Source: Candidatus Latescibacterota bacterium (GTDB lineage Bacteria; Latescibacterota; UBA2968; UBA8231). From it: a stretch of DNA of 64,000 bases. A program made the position numbers and the translations under genes. The stretch spans positions 256,001 to 320,000 of the forward strand of contig CBDAOB010000005.1 of the NCBI GenBank assembly GCA_965197905.1. Reading direction: 5' to 3'. Below the pieces are notes generated by a model. That model searched no databases. It was not told where the DNA came from and saw only the letters and a program-made list of their open reading frames with translations. Of the stretch, positions 40,053 through 49,513 are shown piece by piece; position 1 is the first letter of the stretch; every line of letters begins with the position of its first letter.

Positions 40053-40219
40053 CTGGTCGTTCCTTTCTTGAGGGCGAGGGCGTCAATATGGAGGTAGGAT
40101 GAGAGATCGATGCAACCGAGTCAAGAAAGATTTCGCGGTAGTTTTGGGGGGGGTTCTTGCTGAGTGGGGGAGATGGAGTCTTGTTGCGTTCTGGGAGGTC
40201 TGTTCTATTTTCGGAGCCA

Positions 40220-40296
40220 GGGCGATTAGCTCAGCTGGTCAGAGCACCTGCCTTACAAGCAGGGGGTCGCTGGTTCGAGCCCGGCATCGCCCACCA
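40220..40296 (+). tRNA. tRNA-Val (anticodon TAC)
   Basis: GGGCGAT/ATCGCCC acceptor stem, D arm, CCTGC-CTTACAA-GCAGG anticodon arm, GGTTCGAG T-loop, encoded CCA. Confidence 0.96.
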
Positions 40297-40301
40297 TCCA
40301 A

Positions 40302-40334
40302 AAAAGCCTTCGGAGCACTCCTCCGAGGGCTTTT
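40302..40334 (+). terminator. Intrinsic (bidirectional-type) terminator after tRNA-Val
   Basis: AAAAGCCTTCGGAG-cactc-CTCCGAGGGCTTTT. Confidence 0.8.
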
Positions 40335-40363
40335 CTATAATGACTCGGTGTGACGGTTGCCTA

Positions 40364-40395
40364 TTGACTCCGTACCATAGTGCAGGGTCTATATT
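40364..40395 (+). promoter_or_regulatory. MerR-type promoter/operator
   Basis: TTGACT-N20-TATATT containing the dyad ACTCCGTAC-CATA-GTGCAGGGT; begins like the Tn501/Tn21 mer promoter (TTGACTCCGTAC). Confidence 0.85.
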
Positions 40396-40413
40396 CAGTT
40401 TGGAGGATGAAAA

Positions 40414-41514
40414 TTGAACCAGATCACGATAGGTCAACTGGCCAAAAAGGCCGGCGTAAAGGTTGAAACAGTGCGCCACTATGAACGCCGAAATCTGATA
40501 TCCGAGCCCCCACGGAGCGATTCTGGATACCGCCAGTACAGATCCAAGGATGTACAACGAATTCGGTTCATCAAACGAGCGCAACGACTGGGATTCACGT
40601 TGCGTGAAATCGAGGAACTCCTGCAGTTGAGAGTAGATCCAGACACAACGTGCGCTGATGTGAAGACCGAGGCCGAAGCAAAAATCGAAGACATTCGCCA
40701 AAGAATTCGCTCTCTGCAGAAAATGAAGCGCGTACTTACAGAATTGACAGTGTCGTGCGACAGTCGTGCGCCAACGAATAACTGCCCGATTCTGGAATCT
40801 CTGGCTAAAGTCGATTTCATATATGATGACGATTGTCCGAACGTGACCGCTGCCCGACAAAATCTCGAGCGCGCGTTTGAGCGGACGGGTCGGAAGCCAG
40901 TTTGGCGTGAATGGCGGCGTGCCGAGAGTTCCGAGGATTTCCAGCATTACGGATCCCCGACGATACTTGTCGACGGCGTCGATGTTGGCGCAAATGGTGC
41001 GGTCAAGGCAGGTGAGTCGTGCCGCCTTTACCACGACAACGCCGGCAATCTTTCTGGTGTGCCGTCCGTGGAGTCAATTGCATCGAAGTTGCAGAGCGAT
41101 GAGGGGCACAGCTTACAACCGAGAGATCGCTGGAGCCGGATGTGGGCGGTGGCCCCAGCAATCGCGACCTCACTGTTACCCAAACTAACCTGTCCGGCCT
41201 GCTGGCCTGCATATGCCGGGGTTCTGAGCACGCTGGGATTGGGGTTTGTGGACTATACGCCTTATCTGATGCCGCTGACGATTGCGTTTCTTTTGATCGC
41301 GCTAGGGTCCTTGGGCCGAAGCGCATACAGAGAGGGCGACTACAAGCCTCTTTTCCTCGGGATTTTAGGGGCTCTGTTCGTTTTGGTCGGGAAGTTTGAG
41401 CTTGATATGGAGGCGGCGATGTACGGCGGCATAGCTTTACTGATGGCCGCATTTGTCTGGACCTCCTGGCCAAAGCAAAACCATGACTGTGCGCAGCATG
41501 CGAGCCAAACATAG
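40414..41514 (+). CDS. Fusion of Hg-type MerR regulator, thioredoxin-like domain and MerC-like transporter
   Basis: TIGQLAK...VETVRHYER...SGYRQY...GFTLREI, three Cys (TCADV, SCD, NCPIL); then DDDCPN...GSPTILVDG...SCRLY; then LPKLTCPACWPAYAG and TM helices. Confidence 0.85.
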   Translation: MNQITIGQLAKKAGVKVETVRHYERRNLISEPPRSDSGYRQYRSKDVQRIRFIKRAQRLGFTLREIEELLQLRVDPDTTCADVKTEAEAKIEDIRQRIRSLQKMKRVLTELTVSCDSRAPTNNCPILESLAKVDFIYDDDCPNVTAARQNLERAFERTGRKPVWREWRRAESSEDFQHYGSPTILVDGVDVGANGAVKAGESCRLYHDNAGNLSGVPSVESIASKLQSDEGHSLQPRDRWSRMWAVAPAIATSLLPKLTCPACWPAYAGVLSTLGLGFVDYTPYLMPLTIAFLLIALGSLGRSAYREGDYKPLFLGILGALFVLVGKFELDMEAAMYGGIALLMAAFVWTSWPKQNHDCAQHASQT

Positions 41515-41520
41515 GAGAGC

Positions 41521-41779
41521 ATGAAAATGAGTGATAATCTTCACGGCCGGCTGTCCGGCCTGCGATGACACTGTGGAAATGGTTAATCAAATGGTTTGTC
41601 CCTGCTGCGATGTCAGCATTCTCGATATGCATGAGAAGGAAGTCGCCAGTCGTGCGCGGGCGCTGGGCATACGCTCGGTGCCCGCTGTTGCCGTTGACGG
41701 AAAATTGGCCGATTGCTGCAGCGGTCGTGGTCCGGATGAAAGTAGCCTGCGAGCAATGGGCGTTGGACAGCCTTTGTAA
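41521..41779 (+). CDS. Small thioredoxin/glutaredoxin-like protein (ATG 41521 is out of frame with the body; in-frame GTG at 41531)
   Basis: FTAGCPAC, CPCC, GIRSVPAVAVDG, DCC..RGP. Confidence 0.8.
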
Positions 41780-41997
41780 CTGAGGTGCCTCGTTGCTGGC
41801 CCACAGGACAATTTCCTCAAGTTCACTTTTCCGTTGTCGATCTATGTAGTGGACCTTCCGGGTCCAAAATTCCACGGACGGATGTCCCTGTCGAGCATAG
41901 CTCTGTCTCGGCAGGGTTTTTTTTGGCAGTTCGTGACTCCCTGCAGGCCGAAGTTTTTACCATACTCCATTCCTGAAACGGCCGAAGGGAGTAGATC

Positions 41998-42402
41998 ATG
42001 CGACGCCTCAACATTCTGCTTGGGATTTGCCTCCTTGCTCTAGTTGGTGCTTGGTCCTTGCACACGACAAGCTCGTTCGCGCAAGATGAGAAGCAGGCTG
42101 AGAAGGTCACCCTGCCATCGGAGTGCATGAAGGGCTGCTATGACGTTTACGAAGTCCAAATGTCTTCGTGCGAGAAAAAGGGGAACGGCGTTGTCAAAGG
42201 TATCTGCGAGGGCAACGCCTTTGAAACGTACACGCAGTGCATGAAGGACTGCAGAAACTTGGCGGACAGCGCGTGCCAGGACCGGATGGTAGTACACCTC
42301 AAGGCTTGCGACGAGGTGGTAGGGACTAAAGAGAAGTGCGAGAAGAGGGCCCTTGCCACGAGCCGCCATGGTTCAAGAGGAGTCTTCGCCAGGGCGGAGT
42401 AA
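41998..42402 (+). CDS. Small secreted Cys-rich helical protein
   Basis: Signal peptide ending SFA, CMKGC/CMKDC and regularly spaced Cys; GGGAG RBS. Confidence 0.6.
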   Translation: MRRLNILLGICLLALVGAWSLHTTSSFAQDEKQAEKVTLPSECMKGCYDVYEVQMSSCEKKGNGVVKGICEGNAFETYTQCMKDCRNLADSACQDRMVVHLKACDEVVGTKEKCEKRALATSRHGSRGVFARAE

Positions 42403-42693
42403 CTCGCTGTGGAAGGACGCTACTCAGGCGGGGCGCAAGCTGAGTACTGAGGATCTTGGCTTGCTCAGCGGAAAGCGGCAGTGAGCGCTGCTAATTGAAA
42501 TCGGCAGAGAACGGAGGAGCCGCCAGTGTTTAGTGTAGATGTTATTTCTGAGTATCTCCTACTTGGGGGCTTGTGCTCGGAATCTTGGCGGCCCCTTGGG
42601 CAGGGTACTTGGGCTGAGTCACACGCTGGTCCGGTGAAATATGCGGAACTGGTATTTGCCGGGATTCATCGGTACACGATAAGAGAGGGGGAT

Positions 42694-42903
42694 TTGGCAG
42701 ACGAGCAGCCTAGATTGTCGCAGGAGATAGCGGATCAACGCCGCGGAGTTACGGTGGGCGTGGTGAAGGTGCCGGTTGCCGTGATTGAGCGGTGGGAGGA
42801 GATGGCGAGGGAGCTGGAGGGACTGCCTTCCCGAGACAACGCTCTAGAGACAGTCCCTTCAACAGTAGATAGAACTACGCCGCAAGCCTCTTCGACGGAT
42901 TGA
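42694..42903 (+). CDS. Small hypothetical protein, module A copy 1
   Basis: QEIADQ.RGVT.GVVKVPV.VIERWEEMARELEG shared with 45133-45300. Confidence 0.5.
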   Translation: MADEQPRLSQEIADQRRGVTVGVVKVPVAVIERWEEMARELEGLPSRDNALETVPSTVDRTTPQASSTD

Positions 42904-43262
42904 GCCGACGGGAAATTTGAGCTAGCGAGAGCCCTTCGTTGACCCGCAGATCATTAATCAGGTGTTTGAGCAGAATAACCTCCGCTGCATCAAACAGATC
43001 CTTATTGCCGACACAATCTGCCACTTTAAGCAGGCCTTTGGACTTGTACTGGCGCATTTGAGGAACCGATTTCCCGAAAAGACTGGCCGCCTCCTCAATG
43101 CTGATAAGGTTGAGCGATATGACTGCCATCAATAAAGACCTCCATGTCTAAATCGCAGGCAGGGGATTGCGTGGGGTGCTATCTACTATATCGGGTGCTA
43201 CGGAGAAATCTTCAAAAAATCCTTCGGACTCGCTGCGACTACAAAGAAAAACGCGGCACCGA
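42872..43262. repeat. Direct repeat copy 1 (wHTH gene plus promoter), partner ~47098-47492
   Basis: Near-identical sequence at offset ~4223. Confidence 0.9.
42875..43132 (-). CDS. Stand-alone MerR-like winged HTH (excisionase/BldC-like), module B copy 1
   Basis: ISIEEAASLFGKS...RQYKSKGLL...GLSLAQI; GGAGG RBS. Confidence 0.7.
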   Translation of the reverse strand: MMAVISLNLISIEEAASLFGKSVPQMRQYKSKGLLKVADCVGNKDLFDAAEVILLKHLINDLRVNEGLSLAQISRRLNPSKRLAA

Positions 43263-43280
43263 CCGAAACCGATGCCGCGT
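43243..43280 (-). terminator. Intrinsic terminator of the 43316-43887 gene
   Basis: ACGCGGCA...TGCCGCGT stem with TTTTCTTT on the minus strand. Confidence 0.7.
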
Positions 43281-43315
43281 AAACCAGGTGATCTGTTTGA
43301 ATCTCTAATCCGAGA

Positions 43316-43887
43316 CTAAAACCTCGAAGGAGGTGCCATCAGCGGTCCTAGTTGTATGGGATCACCGCCCGATGCGCAAGTTGCCACGAGTCGGTACCCG
43401 TGGCCGCAAGTTGCACCAGGACAGAGTTGATAAGTAAGCGAGTAGTCACCTGAGCCTGTTCCCTCGAGAGTGGCCAGATCCTGGAACGTTGTCACCCCAG
43501 TCTCGGGATCGAACGCAATGCCGCCCTGGATAGTGTAGAGCACAGAGCCGGTCGTGCCCGTGGTGGTCCAGGTCCATTCTACCAAGCCGCTGAAGCTGAT
43601 GATGGTGACACCGATACTGCCGACCAATTCCACCTCACACGAAACTGGCGCGGGATCACAGTTCTCATCCAGACTCTCGGTACCGGGCAGCACGTCACCG
43701 TGGTTGAGATGAGCGTTCAACGCATTGCCATTGATGTTTATCAGATTCCACCCACCGTTACCGGTGGTGTGGCAGACACCGACCCTGGGTGCTTTCTTGG
43801 CAGCCGGTTCTAAAGCAGTTGGAGAATTGGAGTTGTCAGTGCAGCCGATGAACAGGGCAACATTGCGAGAGAAAGTAGGATTTTCAT
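43316..43887 (-). pseudogene. Lipoprotein with VCH...AHLxHGD motif; frameshift in the signal peptide near 43860
   Basis: MKILLSLAM then in another frame ALFIGC-TDNSNSPT...RVGVCHTTGNGGWNLININGNALNAHLNHGD. Confidence 0.6.
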
Positions 43888-44245
43888 GCGGATCTCCGTT
43901 GTGGTATATCGATCTACTGAACTACATCAATGCTGATTGCAATCGCGGTGACAGACTCGTCCGTGCTCCGTGCGAGCAACTGCCTCGGTGTTCTCAAGGG
44001 ACCGAGATTCAGCTTCACGGAGCTCGAGTTGCCGTTTTGAATGGCGTCGGCCAAGATTGTCCCGTCCTCCAATATTTGGCCGCTACACTGTGCCGGTTTG
44101 AACTGAGCGGTCGTGGAACAGCTGGATATTGTGCTTCAGTAGCCACAGTTATCTCCAATATGCACCTTTCGTCCCGACTGAGTGCGGAGTCGGGCACGGC
44201 ATCGAGCTTATCCTGGCAGCGATAGGATTGAGTGGGGGCATCGGA

Positions 44246-44839
44246 CTAAGGCTGCAACCGGTCTCCCTTAGTTTTTTTCTTCCACTCATCAATCTCCGGC
44301 TTTACTTCATTCTCGTAGCAGGACGGACAGATCGTGTGACTGAGGTCGGCGTCCGTCTTCTGGGTCAGGTATTTCTCCATCGACATCCACTGCGCTCCCT
44401 CGTCCTGTATGTTTTTGCAGTACGCGCAGATCGGCAGCAGGCTAGCGAGTTGATCCAGCTCCTTGCGCAGTCCGAGTATGCGCTCGGCGACTCGCAAGCG
44501 CGCCTGCAGCTCATGGCGATCGAAGGGCTTCGTCATGAAATCGTCAGCGCCGGCTTCCATGCCCTCCAGATAGTCGGATTTCTCTTTCTTGACCGTCAGC
44601 ACGATGACATATGTGTACTCTCTCTTGTGCTGGCGGCGGATGCGCCGGCACAGCTCGATTCCGTCGAGTCCTGGCATCAGCCAATCGGTCAGCACGACCC
44701 GTATATCCACGTCCGCCGTAAAGGCGTCCCAGGCCTGCTCTCCGTCGTCGGCCATGACTGGCTCGTGGCCGAATTTACGCAGGGTGGCTTCGAGTACCTC
44801 GCGGGTCACCGCCTCGTCTTCTGCGATCAGAACTTTCAT
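44246..44839 (-). CDS. Response regulator with C-terminal 4-Cys domain
   Basis: IAEDE, TDWLMP, GADDFMTKPF, PICAYCK...SHTICPSC. Confidence 0.9.
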   Translation of the reverse strand: MKVLIAEDEAVTREVLEATLRKFGHEPVMADDGEQAWDAFTADVDIRVVLTDWLMPGLDGIELCRRIRRQHKREYTYVIVLTVKKEKSDYLEGMEAGADDFMTKPFDRHELQARLRVAERILGLRKELDQLASLLPICAYCKNIQDEGAQWMSMEKYLTQKTDADLSHTICPSCYENEVKPEIDEWKKKTKGDRLQP

Positions 44840-45132
44840 TTTTCACCTGTCCTTCGAGACATTAGGGCGAATGCGCCCACGTTGCGTTGTGACATATGGC
44901 GTACGAAGAAAAACGCCGCTCACCTGAGTGGCCGCTCTCTCCGCCTTCACTGTGAGCCGATTTCACAGTTTCGAAGGCTCCCGTTTGTCGCTAACCAAGA
45001 TACCAAACTGCTCCAGACAACTCCAAAGCCAGAATTAAAAAGAAGAGGGAAACGCTCACTCGGAAATTCTCTGGAGCTATTACCCCTTTATCTGTGACAC
45101 ACTGTACATGGAAGGCTTACGAGGAGAGAGGA

Positions 45133-45300
45133 ATGGCAAAGCAGCCTGATGGAGTCGGATTGGCGCAGGAGATAGCGGATCAATACCGCGGAGTTACAGC
45201 GGGTGTGGTGAAGGTGCCGGTTACCGTGATTGAGCGATGGGAGGAGATGGCGAGGGAGCTGGAGGGGCTTCAGCAGGAGACTCCGGAAGAGGAGACCTAG
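45133..45300 (+). CDS. Small hypothetical protein, module A copy 2
   Basis: Strong GAGGAG RBS, paralog of 42694-42903. Confidence 0.55.
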   Translation: MAKQPDGVGLAQEIADQYRGVTAGVVKVPVTVIERWEEMARELEGLQQETPEEET

Positions 45301-45379
45301 CAAAGAAAAATTGCTGGCGATTGCTCACACACATTCCGTTCTTCAGGCTCTACGTCTAAACAACCAAGGAGCAGCTCCG

Positions 45380-46953
45380 CTGGCACTCCAGAGTCGATTC
45401 CAGTTATCAGTCCCGATTACGTCGAAGAGAGTCTCGATCATAGCAACGGCCTTCTACCTTGTCGCTTGCGGGTCATCGATAGAAGACAGTATAGACAAAC
45501 TCGGCGCCGGACCCGACGAGCAAGCCGCAGCAAAACATGAGCTTGTCCTGGCCTCAGAAAGAGCCGTTGAGCCCCTTATTCAAGCGCTGGCATCGGATCG
45601 AGAGACGAAAATCCGTGCTGAAGTGGCGGACATTCTGGTGAGTCTTACGATGCGAACCGCCGACGAGCGGATCGCCGCCGTGCTCGAGAAACATTTACTG
45701 AACGATCCCGAGCCTGTGGTGCGTGGACGCATCGCCGAGGAGCTGGAACTGCGCATGCAATCCGAGTTTTTTGACCTCTTTCTCCGGGCCATTTCCGATC
45801 CCTCTCCAATGGTGCAGGCCCCAGCGCTGCTCTCTTTCGGCAATGCTATGGGCAAGCTGAGCGACGAGCAGACCCAAACGTTGCGGCGGCTCGCAGGTGA
45901 AAGGGCACTTTCAGAAGACCAGGAGGTTCGCGCGGCCGCGCTATACCTGGTCGAAGAGTACGTCGCTCAGTGGGCAAAGAAGGCGCGAGAGGCAGCTCTT
46001 AAAGCAAATCTTTCAGAAGCCGACTCCCTTCTTGGCGTGGCAGTGGCTTATGCACCGGCCAGCAAACAGGCCAGATATTACCAGGGAAAATTTTACTTCG
46101 ATTACATGGAACGCGAGCATGGAATTAAGATGTTGAGGACACATCGACTGTTAGTTGATGTACCCAAACTCGAATCGCCCCCAACCATCGACGGACTGTT
46201 GGGCGATGAAGCCTGGGAAGGGGCGGCAAGGATTGATTCGTTCTATGTCCATGGGAGTACCCGTACGACGAATCCACCCCAGGTTCAGACTCACGTCGTG
46301 ATGGGGTATTCCGATACTGCACTCTATTGGGGCGCGCACTGCTTCGACGCCCATCCAGAAAGCCTGGTAGTGCTACCATTTGAAGATGAGGCTCCTTTTA
46401 AGCTACAGGACGTAATGATGTTTCGTCTCGATCGTAACCTGGACACGAAAGTCGCTCAAATGTTCGTCAACACCTTGGGATTGCAAAGAGATAGGGGGTA
46501 TTCCGATACTGCACTCTATTGGGGCGCGCACTGCTTCGACGCCCATCCAGAAAGCCTGGTAGTGCTACCATTTGAAGATGAGGCTCCTTTTAAGCTACAG
46601 GACGTAATGATGTTTCGTCTCGATCGTAACCTGGACACGAAAGTCGCTCAAATGTTCGTCAACACCTTGGGATTGCAAAGAGATAGCTGGAACGACTTCG
46701 AGGACTGGGCATGGGCCTAAAAAATGGGATGCGGACGCGATGGGATGCGGACGCGAGGGCGGCAGCCTATGTCGGAGACGACTTCTGGTCCGTCGAATAC
46801 GAGCTTCGGTGGGATCCGATATACCATCCGCCGCCGGTTTCGGGCGAGATCTCCGGTATGAACTTTATCCGACTTTTCCGCGCGATAGAGTGGAGTCACC
46901 CGTTTGTCGGGTATGACAAAAAGAAGGCACGAGGTTTCCTCCTCTTTCAATAG
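45380..46953 (+). pseudogene. HEAT-repeat + CBM9/DOMON-like lipoprotein, module C copy 1; disrupted by 192-bp and 16-bp duplications and an indel
   Basis: LVAC lipobox, HEAT helices, PTIDG.L.DEAW, LYWG..C.D; paralog of 48146-49513. Confidence 0.7.
46303..46686. repeat. Perfect in-frame tandem duplication, 2 x 192 bp
   Basis: 46303-46494 repeated at 46495-46686 (GYSDTALYWG...LQRD twice). Confidence 0.95.
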
Positions 46954-47100
46954 TTCGTCCGGACTGATCGCGCAACGGTATTCTCAGCCCTTTCACTTGG
47001 GTACTTATTTGTTGTTTTGATTGAGGTTGGGCGGCGATGGCTAGGGAGCTGGAGGGGCTGCCTGAAGACGAATCTCTAGAGGCAGCCCCTTCAATGCGAA

Positions 47101-47355
47101 CTACGCCGCAAGCCTCGTCGACTTGAGGCGTTGAGCAATCTGCGCCAGCGAGAGCCCTTCGTTGACCCGCAGATCATTAATCAGGTGTTTGAGCAGAATA
47201 ACCTCCGCTGCATCAAACAGATCCTTATTGCCGAGACAATCTGCCACTTTAAGCAGGCCTTTGGACTTGTACTGGCGCATCTGAGGAACGGACTTTTCAA
47301 AGAGGTCCGCCGCCTCCTCAATGCTGATAAGGTTGAGCGATATGACTGCCATCAA
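47101..47355 (-). CDS. Stand-alone MerR-like winged HTH, module B copy 2
   Basis: Near-identical to 42875-43132. Confidence 0.7.
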   Translation of the reverse strand: MMAVISLNLISIEEAADLFEKSVPQMRQYKSKGLLKVADCLGNKDLFDAAEVILLKHLINDLRVNEGLSLAQIAQRLKSTRLAA

Positions 47356-47567
47356 TAAAGACCTCCATGTCTAAATCGCAGGCAGGGGATTGCGTGGGGT
47401 GCTATCTACTATATCGGGTGCTACGGAGAAATCTTCAAAAAATCCTTCGGACTCGCTGCGACTAGTTGGGACAAAGAAAAACGCGGCACCGAACGAATCG
47501 ATGAATGGGCATTGCGCCTCGACACCTCGCTATGATATCCACCGAATTGAGGCCAGCACTCGGCGAT

Positions 47568-47822
47568 TTATTCAAAGGTGTTTTTGTTACTTTCGCGTTC
47601 TTCAGCCTCGAGTTCCTTGAGATGCTGCAGGTGCTTCTGGCGACAACTGTACTGCATCCGCAAATAGAATCGGCCAAGCACAAAGAGACCGATCAGTACA
47701 CCCACGAGAACGACGCCGTACACCACGAGTTCTTCGTTACTGGGACCTCGGCTGAACTGCACATGGGCGGCTTCGACCCGCTCCGTTGTCGGTGCCGCCG
47801 TGCCCAGACCGATCAGAGTCAT
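47568..47822 (-). CDS. Small single-TM hypothetical protein
   Basis: LVVYGVVLVGVLIGLFVLG followed by a charged tail. Confidence 0.4.
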   Translation of the reverse strand: MTLIGLGTAAPTTERVEAAHVQFSRGPSNEELVVYGVVLVGVLIGLFVLGRFYLRMQYSCRQKHLQHLKELEAEERESNKNTFE

Positions 47823-47928
47823 GTTCTACCAACATTGTCAAAAAGGAACGAGAACCTTCTGAATATTCGACTCCTCAGGCAGCGTTGTGGTTTCGTTCAA
47901 ACCACGGATGCGCCAATGCAACGGCTGC

Positions 47929-48061
47929 GAATGGCCCTTCTCTGTCACCTGGCGAACTGCTTCGTCCTTGAATTCTGGTGTATAACGCTGCTGACTCATT
48001 GGACTCCTCCGGTTGCCTCAAAGATAGCATCCAAGGTGTCCACATTACCGGGTCAATTCCA
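47929..48061 (-). mobile_element. IS3-family left-end remnant (IRL plus truncated orfA)
   Basis: TGGAATTGACCCGGTAATGTGGACACC end, GGAGG RBS, MSQQRYTPEFKDEAVRQVTEKGHS from 47999, then truncation. Confidence 0.8.
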
Positions 48062-48145
48062 GACCTAGCAAAGAAATTGCTGGCGATTGTTCTCACACAT
48101 TCCGTTCTTCAGGCGTTACGTCTAAACAACCAAGGAGCAGCTCCG

Positions 48146-49513
48146 CTGGCACTCCAGAGTCGATTCCGGTTATCAGTCCCGATCACGTCGAGGAGAGTCT
48201 CGATCATAGCGACGGCCTTCTACCTTGTCGCTTGCGGGTCATCGATAGAAGAGGGTATTGACGGGCTCGGCGGCGCGCCCGATGAGCAAGCCGCAGCAAA
48301 ACACGAGCTTGTCCTGGCCTCAAAAAGAGCTGTTGAGCCCCTTATTCAAGCGCTGGCATCGGATCGAGAGACGAAAATCCGTGCTGAAGTGGCGGATATT
48401 CTGGTGAGTATTACGGTGCGAACCGCCGACGAGCGGATCGCCGCCGTGCTCGAGAAACATTTACTGAACGATCCCGAGCCTGTGGTGCGTGGACGCATCG
48501 CCGAGGAGCTCGGACTGCGCCTACGATCCGAGTTTTTTGACCTCTTTCTCCGGGCCATTTCCGATCCCTCTCCACTGGTGCAGGCCCCGGCGCTGCTCTC
48601 TTTGACTAATGCTATGGGCAAGCTGAGCGACGAGCAGACCCAAACGTTGCGGCGGCTCGCAGGTGAAAGGGCACTTTCAGCAGACGAGGAGGTTCGCACG
48701 GCCGCCGTATACCTGGTGGAAGAGTACGTGGCTCGATCGGCAGAGAAGGCGCGGGAAGCGGCGCTCAAAGCGAACCTTTCGAAAGCCGACTCCCTTTTTG
48801 CAGACTTGGTGGCATATGCACCTAACAGCAAACAGGCCAGATACTACCAGGGAACGTTTTATCTGGACTACGTCGAGCGCGATCGCGGAATCGAGATTTT
48901 GAGAGACCATCGCCTGCTGGTGGATGTTCCCACCCTTGAATCGCCTCCGACCATCGACGGCCGCTTGGACGATGAAGCCTGGGAGGGCGCGGCACTAATA
49001 GATTCGTTCTATGTCCACACGCGGCGCGGGCGCACGACGTTGCCACCACGTGTCGAAACCCGCGTGCTGATGGGGTATTCTGCAACGGCGCTCTATTGGG
49101 GCGTGCACTGTGCCGACGCACATCCGGAAAGCCTGGTGGTGCTGCCACATGAGGATGAGGGGCGTAAACCCCGCCAAGATCGGTTCTACTTCCGCTTCGA
49201 TCGCAACCGGGACACGAAGACGATCTCCCACATCTTGGTCAACAGCCAGGGGGCGACGGTTGACGTGCGGGACAGCAAGGAGAGGGATGGTGATTTCAAA
49301 TGGGACGCGGAAGCGACAACGGCGACTTATGTGGGAGACGATTTCTGGTCTTTGGAATGCGAGCTTCGGTGGGATCCGATCTACCACCCACCACCGGGGT
49401 CGGGCGAGTTCTCGCGTGTGAACTTTATCCGCTTATTCCGTACCGTCGAGTTCAGTCAATCGTTCGCCGAGTACGACAACCTAATCGCATCAGGATTCCT
49501 TCTCTACCAATAG
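48146..49513 (+). CDS. HEAT-repeat + CBM9/DOMON-like lipoprotein, module C copy 2 (intact)
   Basis: As copy 1; start inferred at CTG after AAGGAG (alternative TTG at 48077). Confidence 0.7.
   Translation: MALQSRFRLSVPITSRRVSIIATAFYLVACGSSIEEGIDGLGGAPDEQAAAKHELVLASKRAVEPLIQALASDRETKIRAEVADILVSITVRTADERIAAVLEKHLLNDPEPVVRGRIAEELGLRLRSEFFDLFLRAISDPSPLVQAPALLSLTNAMGKLSDEQTQTLRRLAGERALSADEEVRTAAVYLVEEYVARSAEKAREAALKANLSKADSLFADLVAYAPNSKQARYYQGTFYLDYVERDRGIEILRDHRLLVDVPTLESPPTIDGRLDDEAWEGAALIDSFYVHTRRGRTTLPPRVETRVLMGYSATALYWGVHCADAHPESLVVLPHEDEGRKPRQDRFYFRFDRNRDTKTISHILVNSQGATVDVRDSKERDGDFKWDAEATTATYVGDDFWSLECELRWDPIYHPPPGSGEFSRVNFIRLFRTVEFSQSFAEYDNLIASGFLLYQ

Noticed and set aside
40270..40296. 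attR copy of the tRNA-Val 3' end and an integrase defining the island
   Set aside because: No convincing duplicate or integrase found by eye; GATTCGAGCCC near 58197 is too short a match.
46303..46686. CRISPR-like array
   Set aside because: Two 192-bp coding copies without spacers; no short repeat-spacer array or cas gene anywhere in the window.
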